A stretch of DNA of 34,200 nucleotides from a virus (Duplodnaviria; Caudoviricetes): positions 1 to 34,200 of IMG/VR virus record IMGVR_UViG_3300032281_001149. One strand, given 5' to 3'. A program made the translations under genes and the position numbers. Under the pieces are notes generated by a model. That model made no database searches. It was not told the origin of the DNA and saw only the letters and a program-made list of their open reading frames with translations. Positions 25,892 through 34,103 of the stretch are shown piece after piece (position 1 is the stretch's first letter; every line of letters starts with the position of its first letter).

Positions 25892-26668
25892 TCACGCGAC
25901 TTGGAGGCGGGACTTTTTGAGGGCGGCGCGGATGCTGTAGCGGATGGAGTTTTGCAAACGCTTCTGCCGCTTGCCGGAGCGCAGGACGAACTGCATGCGG
26001 CGTGAGAGATCATTGGCGCGACCATGACGTGCGCGATTGGTGATGATGATCGTGAATTGATCCGGGCGAGGGATGACGGTGATGCTGCCGACGGTTTGCT
26101 GGTGACGTGTGATCCAGGTCGGAAGCGAGGTCTTCAAACGGGCGGCGGCGGGTGCGAAGCCGGAGGCGAGCAGGCCGACGCGGGATTGTTGCTGCTTGAT
26201 GTAGCTTCGCACATAGCGGGCATCGCGGACATGCTCGCTTGGTTTGGTGCCGGTGACGCGACCATTGCTGCCTCGGCGTTTTTCATGAGCGGCTCCGTCG
26301 TCGCTGCCAAAGTCGATGAGCTCTTTGAGTCCGAGCGTTTTGCAAATGCGGGCAGCCTGCGGCCAGTTTTTGTGCTTCACCGCTGCCCAAAATGCGGCGG
26401 CAAGTTTTTCGTCACGCGCTTTGATGATGGCGTAAAGTTTGCCGGGTGTGGCATAGACTTTCCAGACGTCGCGCATGACGGCAGACTCGCCGCGTTTTTT
26501 GGAGGCCGGATTGGCTTTGCCCATGCTCGGTGGCGTGATGTCGGTGATGTCGCGCACAAAGCCGCGTGCATCGTCTTCGATGGCCTTCGCCATGATCGCC
26601 GCTGCCTCACGCGGGACTTGCCGGAGCTTTTTGAGCAGCGGGCCGAGTTGGACGTTGGCGCTGATCAT
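25892..26668 (-). CDS. Putative neck/tail-completion protein (ORF open to 26701)
   Basis: Basic protein after the head-closure gene. ATG 26668 overlaps the upstream stop. Confidence 0.55.
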   Translation of the reverse strand: MISANVQLGPLLKKLRQVPREAAAIMAKAIEDDARGFVRDITDITPPSMGKANPASKKRGESAVMRDVWKVYATPGKLYAIIKARDEKLAAAFWAAVKHKNWPQAARICKTLGLKELIDFGSDDGAAHEKRRGSNGRVTGTKPSEHVRDARYVRSYIKQQQSRVGLLASGFAPAAARLKTSLPTWITRHQQTVGSITVIPRPDQFTIIITNRARHGRANDLSRRMQFVLRSGKRQKRLQNSIRYSIRAALKKSRLQVA

Positions 26669-27024
26669 TGGGTGGTGATCTGCTGGCCGGTGAGTGTCCA
26701 AAAAACGCTGTGGGGGGACTCGTTGGGTGCTCCGGCGTCGGTGGCGAGCTGATAGACGCGACCCGTTTCGACGTGGGTGAAACGCACGGCGCGGGTGCTG
26801 TCAGTCGTGGCGTCGATGAGGTCGGCGGTGGGCAGCAAGGCGCAGGCGACGACGATCTTGATCGTGCGCGATTGGATGACGCCGCCGTCGTTCTCATACT
26901 TCACGCCACGCCTCGCGATGAAGGCCGCAGGCAGGCGCCGATTGTTGAGCAGGATGGTGCAGGGATTCCGCTGCAACAGTGTGGCGAGGTGCAGCTTTTC
27001 ACTGGTGACGAGGGCGGCGGACAT
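26665..27024 (-). CDS. Putative head-tail joining protein
   Basis: 119 aa, beta-rich, directly after the capsid gene. Confidence 0.55.
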   Translation of the reverse strand: MSAALVTSEKLHLATLLQRNPCTILLNNRRLPAAFIARRGVKYENDGGVIQSRTIKIVVACALLPTADLIDATTDSTRAVRFTHVETGRVYQLATDAGAPNESPHSVFWTLTGQQITTQ

Positions 27025-27037
27025 GCCGAGGTAGAAA

Positions 27038-27043
27038 TGTCAA
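27038..27043 (-). promoter_or_regulatory. Late motif TTGACA, 13 nt before ATG 27024
   Basis: TTTGACAtttctacctcggc|ATG, immediately after the capsid terminator. Confidence 0.75.
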
Positions 27044-27056
27044 AGTGTGAAGGCAC

Positions 27057-27095
27057 AAAAAAACGCCGCGTCCCCCAACCAAAAGGGACGCGGCG
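27057..27095 (-). terminator. Intrinsic terminator after the major capsid gene
   Basis: 11-bp stem CGCCGCGTCCC/GGGACGCGGCG plus T7 on the minus strand. Confidence 0.85.
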
Positions 27096-27146
27096 CAGGG
27101 GACACCGGCGGGCGAAGAATAACCGCGCCGGGTGAGAGTCTCACGA

Positions 27147-28319
27147 TTAGCCGAGGAGCGTGGCGACGAACTCAGGCTTCCAGACTTTGACGCCGTAGAA
27201 GGCCATGAGCTTGATCTCGCTCATGCCGTAGCCTTTGTAGAGGCGGGCGGAGAAAGAGAGACCGGTGTCAGCGTCCACCAGCACCGCGATCTCTTCGCCG
27301 ACATCGCCGCCGGGAGGTTGTGCAGGCGGGCGCATCGCGAGCTCGATGGCGGTCTTGTGGAAGGCGACGTTGGCGGTGTAGCTGTTGCCGACGGTGACGG
27401 CCTTGTCGTTGACGATGGCACCACGCAGGCCGGGATGATTGATCACCAAGCTGCCAGAGGTCGCGGTGAGTCCGGTCTTGACGACGTAGTTGCCTGCGGT
27501 CGGCTCGTCGGCCACGGTGATGATGTCGCCAGCTTTGATGCCGGTGCTATTCACGGTGCCGCCGTCAACAGTGAGAGTCGTGCTGCCGACGGCGATGTTG
27601 CCGTTGTTGATGAGGTAGCCTGTGCCTGCGCCCTTCGTGTGAGCCTGCACACCCGCGCTGGCGCGGATGGACATGTTGAAGAGGTTGAGCAGTTCACCAC
27701 GGCGCAGCGTTGCGTCCGTGCCAGCATCGCCCACGTTGGTGAGGGTCGAACGCTTGCGCAGATTGGCTCCAGCGGCGGTGTTGAGGATGAGCGAGAGCAT
27801 GCCGTCAGACATGGGGGTGCCGTTGTCTTCGAGGATGCGATAGAGATCTGCGAGGATCTCGAAGTTGGAACCGAATGGCGTGGTGCCAGCGGTGCCGACA
27901 GCGCGGCTTGCGCCTTGGTAGGCGGCGAGTCCGATTGCGGCCTCGATGCTGTTGCGCATTTTGCGGATGGCCTGCTTATAGAGCTGCTGGAGAGCAAGCT
28001 CTGCGCCGACGGTTTTGGAGAGCTGAGCGAATTGCTCGCCTTTGAGCGGGATGGATGCTCCCGCGTAGGAGGAGAGAGACAGCGTCTCTGTGCTGGTGGT
28101 GATGTCGGCGGCGTCAGGCACCGTCATGGCTGGGGTGTAGCTGGTCTCGAGCGTGGGCTCGGTGGTGCGCAGCGAGGTGACGGTGCCGCCAGCGGAGATG
28201 CCTTCGGAGCCGCCGTTGACGATCACGCCTTGTGAAAAGCCGGATGGTTCCATCGCGACTTGATCGCGAGCGGCATAAAGGATTTCGGTGAGTCCAGTGA
28301 GTGAGATGTCGTTAGCCAT
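27147..28319 (-). CDS. Major capsid protein, P22 coat-like with an insertion domain
   Basis: Follows the protease/scaffold. Ending NVAFHKTAIELAMRPP...FYGVKVWKPEFVATLLG. Beta-insert containing IKAGDIITVA. Confidence 0.85.
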   Translation of the reverse strand: MANDISLTGLTEILYAARDQVAMEPSGFSQGVIVNGGSEGISAGGTVTSLRTTEPTLETSYTPAMTVPDAADITTSTETLSLSSYAGASIPLKGEQFAQLSKTVGAELALQQLYKQAIRKMRNSIEAAIGLAAYQGASRAVGTAGTTPFGSNFEILADLYRILEDNGTPMSDGMLSLILNTAAGANLRKRSTLTNVGDAGTDATLRRGELLNLFNMSIRASAGVQAHTKGAGTGYLINNGNIAVGSTTLTVDGGTVNSTGIKAGDIITVADEPTAGNYVVKTGLTATSGSLVINHPGLRGAIVNDKAVTVGNSYTANVAFHKTAIELAMRPPAQPPGGDVGEEIAVLVDADTGLSFSARLYKGYGMSEIKLMAFYGVKVWKPEFVATLLG

Positions 28320-28361
28320 ATGTTTGGATCAGTGAGAGTTGGGGGTGTGTTGGGTTTGTGG

Positions 28362-28367
28362 TGTCAA
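28362..28367 (-). promoter_or_regulatory. Late motif TTGACA, 42 nt before the capsid ATG
   Basis: ATTGACAccacaaacccaac|A. Confidence 0.65.
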
Positions 28368-28374
28368 TCGGCGA

Positions 28375-28776
28375 TCATTCTTCGAGCTTGCCTTTGGCTG
28401 CCATGAAGGCGTTGCGCTCGGCGTGGGGGAGTTGGTTGAAGGCAGCGCGAGTCATGGTGTTGACGGGGTTGCCGCTGCCACCTTGAGCGCCCTGGATGGG
28501 AGCGTTGCCACCGGCAGCACCGGCGGCTCCGTTGGTGAGCAGGGCGGTGATTTTGGCGAGCTCAGTTTCCAGCGCGGTCAGCTTGGCTTTGTCGTCCTTC
28601 GTGGCCTCGGTGATGCTGGCAGCGAAGGCGGCTTTCACAGCGCCGTCTTCGAAGTCGATGACGACGTTGGGAGAGTGCGGCTTGTGCGCTTGGCAGGCGG
28701 CAACGATTTGGTCTTCGGTTTCATCGCCCTTGAGGGCGACGCCGATCAGGGAGGCGAGGGCGAGGATGGCTTTCAT
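28375..28776 (-). CDS. Nested in-frame scaffold protein (lambda Nu3-like arrangement), 133 aa
   Basis: Internal ATG (MKAILALAS) after a Pro/Thr linker, with an A/C-rich leader and a late motif at 28821-28826. Confidence 0.6.
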   Translation of the reverse strand: MKAILALASLIGVALKGDETEDQIVAACQAHKPHSPNVVIDFEDGAVKAAFAASITEATKDDKAKLTALETELAKITALLTNGAAGAAGGNAPIQGAQGGSGNPVNTMTRAAFNQLPHAERNAFMAAKGKLEE

Positions 28777-29436
28777 GTTTGGAGGGGTGGTGGTGCGCGA
28801 TGGCGACGGTGGCGGCGCGATGTCAAAGAGGGCGCTCGGCACATGACGCAGCGCGGCAGTGATGCGGGCAGTCTTGAAAGCGGAGGCACTGAGGGCGACT
28901 TCGTCGCTGGTGGCATCGGCAAAACCGTGCTCGACGGCTTCTTCACCTGTGAGCCAGGTCTCGGCGTCCATCATGGCGGTGAGGTCTTCGTCGCTTTTTT
29001 TCGTGCGTTCACGATAAGCGGCGAGGAGGCTGCCTTTGATCTTGTCCAGCAGGTCGGCGAGCTGGCGCATGTCAGCAGAGTCACCCACCGCAAAGCCGCT
29101 GGGGTTGTGGATCATCATGAACGCATTGCGCGGCATCTCGATCCGCGTGCCTGCCATGGCGATGACGGAGGCCATGGAGGCGGCGAGGCCTTCGATGCGC
29201 ACGGTGACGTTCCCACGTGCCTTCAACGCATGATAGATGGCAAGACCATCGAAGACCTCACCGCCAGGCGAGTGGATGGAGAGAGTGATCGGAGTCGCAG
29301 CCGCGATGCTGCGGAGCTGGGCGAGGAAGTCTTTGGCGCTGACACCCCATGCGCCGATCTCATCGTGAATAGAGATTTCAGCGGGGGCTTCGGCGGAGGC
29401 GGCGTTGCGAATGGTGAACCAGGTCTTGCGGGACAT
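28375..29436 (-). CDS. ClpP-like head maturation protease with a C-terminal scaffold region
   Basis: IHSPGGEVFDG, GLAASMASVI, MMIHNP and MDAETWLTGEEAVEHGFAD. Confidence 0.93.
   Translation of the reverse strand: MSRKTWFTIRNAASAEAPAEISIHDEIGAWGVSAKDFLAQLRSIAAATPITLSIHSPGGEVFDGLAIYHALKARGNVTVRIEGLAASMASVIAMAGTRIEMPRNAFMMIHNPSGFAVGDSADMRQLADLLDKIKGSLLAAYRERTKKSDEDLTAMMDAETWLTGEEAVEHGFADATSDEVALSASAFKTARITAALRHVPSALFDIAPPPSPSRTTTPPNMKAILALASLIGVALKGDETEDQIVAACQAHKPHSPNVVIDFEDGAVKAAFAASITEATKDDKAKLTALETELAKITALLTNGAAGAAGGNAPIQGAQGGSGNPVNTMTRAAFNQLPHAERNAFMAAKGKLEE
28821..28826 (-). promoter_or_regulatory. Late motif TTGACA inside the protease gene, 44 nt before the scaffold ATG
   Basis: TTTGACAtcgcgccgccacc|G. 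Confidence 0.55.
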
Positions 29437-29449
29437 GCTGGCGGCTGCA

Positions 29450-29455
29450 TGTCAA
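29450..29455 (-). promoter_or_regulatory. Late motif TTGACA, 13 nt before the protease ATG
   Basis: TTTGACAtgcagccgccagc|ATG. Confidence 0.75.
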
Positions 29456-29525
29456 AGCCGCGCGGTGTGCGGGTTGATGGTCTAGCGTTGATGGTTGATG
29501 GCTCAGACGATCAACCATCGACCCA

Positions 29526-31148
29526 TCACACGGCATCGAGCTCGGCGATGTCGGCAGCAAGGGTGGCGGGATTCAGGGCGGTGAGGATGCCGGAGGCGGG
29601 CTGCAATGTTTTGAGACCCATGCCGATGGCCAGGGCGACGGAGGCGGGGATTTCGACCTGGTCGAGGGGCAGGTTTTTGGCGCGACTGATGGCGTAGCGG
29701 ATGCTGTCGAGCTTCTGGTCAATGGCGGCATGACGCACGGCTTCGCCATCTTGGCCGGTGCTGCGCTCGATGAGATCGTCCGGCGTGATGAGGTTTTCGC
29801 CGAGGCTTTCGAGGTCGGCGCGTTTGTCGCGTCCGGCATCGACGGTGGGATCAGGATCGGTGACGAAGTCGATCTGATTCCAGTCGGCGATGTTTGCATA
29901 CTGGAACAGTGGGCCACCGGGCATCATCGCGGTGCCAATGACTTTTTCCCACAGCCATTCGAGGAAGGGATACAAGCGGGCGCGGAGGCCTTCGTGAGCT
30001 CGGGCGACCTGCTGGAGCAGTCCGCGATACTCCACGCCACCGACTTTGCCACGGGTGAAGATCCACTCGGGCGGATACTTCAATTCGAACATGAAGGGGT
30101 GGAGGAGATCGGCGAGAATCTCGCGAAACGGGATGCCTTCCTGCGGGTTGTTGAAAAAGTTGAAACTCTCGTTGTCCGACATCGGCAAAAACACTGCGCC
30201 TTCAGCGACCTCGACGAAGCGGCGGCCCGTGTCGGCGGTGGGATTGCCACCTTGCTCGGCGAGTGCGATTTGTTGCATGGCATTGAGCATCTTGCCATCG
30301 CGGGTGGTGGTGGCACCGAGGAGCGAGGCGCGGACCTTGGCCGAATGCTTGCGCAGGGCTTTGAGATCGAGCGAGTCGAGCAGGTCGCGACCACTCGCGA
30401 AGATCACGGGATCGCCGTGATACTGATGAATTCGTGTCGGGTCTTTGAAGTGAAAAATGTTGCGGTGTCCCATGGCATTGACCGCCGGGATGTCGGTGAA
30501 TGCTTTGGAGAGCAGGTAACCACTCGCGTCCGGGTCTTGATTCAGGCGCAGGAGCTGGAGTTGATCCAGGCCGTTGTATTGCAGGCCGTCAAACCAGCGC
30601 AGCTTGCGGGCGGCGACGCTTTGCACGTCGCCATTGGTGAGCTGGTCACGGCTCACGAGCTGGATTTGAAAGGCTCGCTTGCTGCGATCATTGAGTGACC
30701 ACGAAGCGCCGGTCGGCTCATAGACGGGCAGGATGAAAAGCTCACCATCGCCCAGCATGGCGGAGAGCAGCATGGGCTGGATCGCGAAGAGGTTGTGTTC
30801 CTTGCGGATGTCGATGGCGGGGGAATCAGCCCATTTTTTGAAGAGGGCGGTGGCCTCGCGGCGGAAGTCGGCATCTTGCGAGATGGACTTGCAGCCGATG
30901 CCTTTGCCGACGGCCTCACGCGGCAGTTGCTGGATGCCGTAACGCACCTGGGGGATGCCTTCTTCGCTTTGCAGGAAGCGGGAGATTTGCACGATGTCCT
31001 TCGACCGCTGCATGCGCTCGACGCTTTTCGAATTCCACGCGGTGTAGTGCGGCGTGGAGCGATAGCTGCCACCGGAGGTGGTGGTCGTGGTCGCGGCGTT
31101 GGTGATGGGCGCGGGTGCGGTGGGCTTGAGTGTTTTGCGACGTGACAT
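29526..31148 (-). CDS. Portal protein, lambda family
   Basis: 540 aa between the gpW-position gene and the protease. LGDGELF, and PTVDAGRDKRAD near the C-terminus. Confidence 0.85.
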   Translation of the reverse strand: MSRRKTLKPTAPAPITNAATTTTTSGGSYRSTPHYTAWNSKSVERMQRSKDIVQISRFLQSEEGIPQVRYGIQQLPREAVGKGIGCKSISQDADFRREATALFKKWADSPAIDIRKEHNLFAIQPMLLSAMLGDGELFILPVYEPTGASWSLNDRSKRAFQIQLVSRDQLTNGDVQSVAARKLRWFDGLQYNGLDQLQLLRLNQDPDASGYLLSKAFTDIPAVNAMGHRNIFHFKDPTRIHQYHGDPVIFASGRDLLDSLDLKALRKHSAKVRASLLGATTTRDGKMLNAMQQIALAEQGGNPTADTGRRFVEVAEGAVFLPMSDNESFNFFNNPQEGIPFREILADLLHPFMFELKYPPEWIFTRGKVGGVEYRGLLQQVARAHEGLRARLYPFLEWLWEKVIGTAMMPGGPLFQYANIADWNQIDFVTDPDPTVDAGRDKRADLESLGENLITPDDLIERSTGQDGEAVRHAAIDQKLDSIRYAISRAKNLPLDQVEIPASVALAIGMGLKTLQPASGILTALNPATLAADIAELDAV

Positions 31149-31189
31149 CGGGCGGCGAAAGTAAGAGGTGAGACGTGAGATGTCAGAGA

Positions 31190-31528
31190 TCAGCCGAGCA
31201 GGGTAGCAGGCTCGTAGCCAGGCCGGAAGCGGAAGCCGAAGGGACGGGAGAGCGACTTGGCGACTTGGCCGGCAATCTCGGCCTCAAGGTCTTCAATCGC
31301 GGCCTGCACGGCCTGCCGCCGCTGCTCCGGCGAGGAGTCGCGAAACTGCGCCGAGTGCGAGGAGCCCTCAAAAGCCTGCGCCGTGATCTCGGCACCGCTG
31401 CGATCCTCAGCCAGGAGGAGGTATTGCTCCGTCAGCCATTGCCGCTGTGCGCTCGGATCGCCCGCATACAAGATGCGGGCGTGAAAACGGAAGTCCGAGG
31501 TGAGGTCGGCGATGGTGACTGCGGCCAT
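31190..31528 (-). CDS. Head completion/adaptor protein (lambda gpW position)
   Basis: Small gene between TerL and portal with a beta-hairpin and helix pattern. Confidence 0.55.
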   Translation of the reverse strand: MAAVTIADLTSDFRFHARILYAGDPSAQRQWLTEQYLLLAEDRSGAEITAQAFEGSSHSAQFRDSSPEQRRQAVQAAIEDLEAEIAGQVAKSLSRPFGFRFRPGYEPATLLG

Positions 31529-31541
31529 GCAGCGACCCGCA

Positions 31542-31547
31542 TGTCAA
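31542..31547 (-). promoter_or_regulatory. Late motif TTGACA, 13 nt before ATG 31528
   Basis: TTTGACAtgcgggtcgctgc|ATG. Confidence 0.75.
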
Positions 31548-31607
31548 AGGGGCCGAGCATGAGGCAGGGATGGTTGCCGCAGGGTGGGCGGGGTTAATTA
31601 GGTCTCG

Positions 31608-33431
31608 TTACAGCATCCCACCAGCGCGGAGGAGCTGGTATTCAATACAGGTGTATTTGGAGCAGTCGCCGAAGTGGTCGTGGGGGACGCGTTGCCACTC
31701 GCCATCGGCGTCGCGTTTTTGGCCTGTGTGGCCAAGTTTGACTTCGGGGTCGGCGTCGGTGGGCAAGTGGAAGGCACCGTCGATGCGCTTCATCATGCGA
31801 TTCGCGTAGAGCATGTTTTTGATCTCGCGGTCGTTGAAGACTAGCAGGGACATCTGGGGGCGGGTGGCGACGCGGGTTTCGTGGAGTTGACCATGCTTGG
31901 CATCGGAGCCTTTGACAGGGATGAAGAAGCCTTTCGAGGCGGCGCACACGTCGAGCTGATCGTCCTGCTGCCAACCGGTGTCGAGGTAGCCACGGACGGG
32001 AAAGATTTTCTCGCCGGTGCCCTCGACGATGATGTGACGGGCGCGGAGGAAGTCGGTGGCGAGGAGGTCTTTCGATGAGACGACGGTGCCCCAGTCGCAA
32101 ACCCAAACGCCGCCGTCGTGGACGAGGGCGGCGAGTTCCCAGTGCGTGGTGGCTTCGCCGGGATCGGCATTGAGGAGGAGGCGGAGGGGCTTGAATGGCA
32201 AGGTGCCGCGTCGATACAAGGGGCGGCCGTTTTTGCCGTCGGCAATGGCTTTGACCACGTCGTCCATTCTCAGGTTGACGTTGAACTCGGTCCACGGGCG
32301 AGCCAGGCGGCTGTTGTGATAGTCCTGCAAGCCGAACATGTCCTTGAGTGAATCAAGGAAGTCCCAGGCCATGGTGCCGAAGCTCTTGGTGGGTGAGTAA
32401 AACGAGGGCAGGATAAAGGTGCGGCGGTTTTTGGCGGCGAGTAAGTTGTGGCGTTTTTCGAGGCAGCCTTCAACCATGGCTTGCTTGTGCAGCTCGGTGA
32501 TCTCGCAGCCGTTGTGCGGGCAAATGTAGCGCACGGATTCGCGCACGCGGGTCTCGTCCCACTGGCCGGAGGCTTCACGGGCGGACTTGTCCCAGGTGAG
32601 TGATTGGTAGTCGCTGGGAAGCGTGAGGCCGAGGTGGGTGTTGTAGTCTTCGACATCCTCGGGGCGGCCAATGAAGTCGAGGTAGAACCAGCCGTGGCAG
32701 TGCGGGCACTCGACGTAGAAATGCGTCTGGTCACCGGCGAGGATGTAGCGCCAAAAGGGATGCGTGGGGCTGTTTGGCGTGCTGGAGTAGTAGTGAAACT
32801 CCAGCGCACCAAAGCCGTCGGTGCGTTTCGCGATGAGGTGGAAGGGGTGGGCCTCGGGGGCTTGCTCGCTTTCGCTTTGGATGAGCTTCGAGGCTTCGTC
32901 GCAGAGCGTGATGCCGTAGGAGCCGCCGGAGAGAGCGCCGGGGGAATTGCCGCCGACGAGGTTGACCATGCCACCAGCCATGTCCATGGACATGGAGCGA
33001 TAGCGGTCGGCGTTCGCAGGCTTGCAGGCGGCGAGGATGGGATTTTCGTCGATGAGCACCTGCATGCGCTTTTCGCTGAGTTCGGTCTTGGTCCAATCGC
33101 GTGAGCTGCCGATCATCAAGATCGGCATGGGGGCGTTCAGGAGGCGATACGCGGCTCCGAGGGTGAGCATGGTCGTTTTTGCGATCTGCACCCCGGCGGA
33201 GACGCCGCACTCATTGATCCCGACCTCGGGGTTGAAACATTCCAGAATAGGACGCTGAAACGGGCGCGAGGCGGTGCGAAACGGCCCGGCGGAGTTCGGG
33301 GCCATCTTGCGCGGCAGGATGATGTTTTCCTCCAGCCAGGGCACGACGGCCTTGCGCCGCTGGGTGCGAAACATGCCGAGCACTTCGCTTTGCACGGCTG
33401 CGGTGCGGCGCTGCTGCGGGGTGGAATTCAT
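31608..33431 (-). CDS. terL: Terminase large subunit, GpA family (ORF open to 33488)
   Basis: PFQRPIL, AGVQIAKT, LCDEASK, SSTPN, GDQTHFYVECPHC and HDHFGDC. ATG 33431 overlaps the TerS stop. Confidence 0.93.
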   Translation of the reverse strand: MNSTPQQRRTAAVQSEVLGMFRTQRRKAVVPWLEENIILPRKMAPNSAGPFRTASRPFQRPILECFNPEVGINECGVSAGVQIAKTTMLTLGAAYRLLNAPMPILMIGSSRDWTKTELSEKRMQVLIDENPILAACKPANADRYRSMSMDMAGGMVNLVGGNSPGALSGGSYGITLCDEASKLIQSESEQAPEAHPFHLIAKRTDGFGALEFHYYSSTPNSPTHPFWRYILAGDQTHFYVECPHCHGWFYLDFIGRPEDVEDYNTHLGLTLPSDYQSLTWDKSAREASGQWDETRVRESVRYICPHNGCEITELHKQAMVEGCLEKRHNLLAAKNRRTFILPSFYSPTKSFGTMAWDFLDSLKDMFGLQDYHNSRLARPWTEFNVNLRMDDVVKAIADGKNGRPLYRRGTLPFKPLRLLLNADPGEATTHWELAALVHDGGVWVCDWGTVVSSKDLLATDFLRARHIIVEGTGEKIFPVRGYLDTGWQQDDQLDVCAASKGFFIPVKGSDAKHGQLHETRVATRPQMSLLVFNDREIKNMLYANRMMKRIDGAFHLPTDADPEVKLGHTGQKRDADGEWQRVPHDHFGDCSKYTCIEYQLLRAGGML

Positions 33432-34084
33432 AGAGCCAGCTCGGCGAGGACGTTTTCGAGCGCGGGATTGAATTCCTCCTCGCGCCACTGGCTGATCGCT
33501 CGCATGGCATGCTGGGGGTTGTCAGGGTTCGCCTTCTGGGCGATGCGGCCTTCGAAGGACGCGAAGAGCGAGACGAATTTCATGAGCGCGGCTTTGGCGT
33601 CCTGCCAGGCCGACATGGGCTGGAGGCGTCCGCTTTCCAGCTCGGCCTGCACTCGGCGCTGGCGGGCGAGGTGGTAGGACTTGAGGGAGTCGGCGGCGAT
33701 TTTCACAAAGCCGATGGCAGCCATCGGATCGCCACGATCCAAGGCGACCTGCCGCTGCGCATTGGCAGCCACCATGCCCGCCCAGCACTGGCACTCGGCA
33801 TATTCCTCGGGCGTCCACTGGTCCTGTGGCTTCTCCATCGCTGGTGGTGCCACATGCACCAGCCGATCTCCTGGGGGCGTCTGCCCACCCATCACGGCGA
33901 CCAGGGCGCGTTTTTGCTCTTCACTCGGGTCGGCGACTTCGAGCGCCTTCGCTCCCTGCGTCGCCAAAAACGCCACATAATCCGGGTGCCGGTTCTTGGC
34001 ATGGAGTTGCGCCGTGCGAAGGGCCACCCCCTTCGCAGCCATGTAGAGCTTCACCAGCCCCGATTCTGCATGCGACCGCGCCAT
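33428..34084 (-). CDS. terS: Terminase small subunit, putative (ORF open to 34093)
   Basis: Directly upstream of and coupled to TerL. Helical C-terminus with Nu1-like ELESGRLQP. Confidence 0.7.
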   Translation of the reverse strand: MARSHAESGLVKLYMAAKGVALRTAQLHAKNRHPDYVAFLATQGAKALEVADPSEEQKRALVAVMGGQTPPGDRLVHVAPPAMEKPQDQWTPEEYAECQCWAGMVAANAQRQVALDRGDPMAAIGFVKIAADSLKSYHLARQRRVQAELESGRLQPMSAWQDAKAALMKFVSLFASFEGRIAQKANPDNPQHAMRAISQWREEEFNPALENVLAELAL

Positions 34085-34097
34085 GATGCGCATCCGG

Positions 34098-34103
34098 TGT
34101 CAA
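34098..34103 (-). promoter_or_regulatory. Late motif TTGACA, 13 nt before the TerS ATG 34084
   Basis: TTTGACAccggatgcgcatc|ATG. Confidence 0.72.

Noticed and set aside
31181-31187. TCTGACA before the portal gene as a degenerate late motif
   Set aside because: Mismatch in the hexamer and no purine at +14. Better explained as a unit of the heptamer array.
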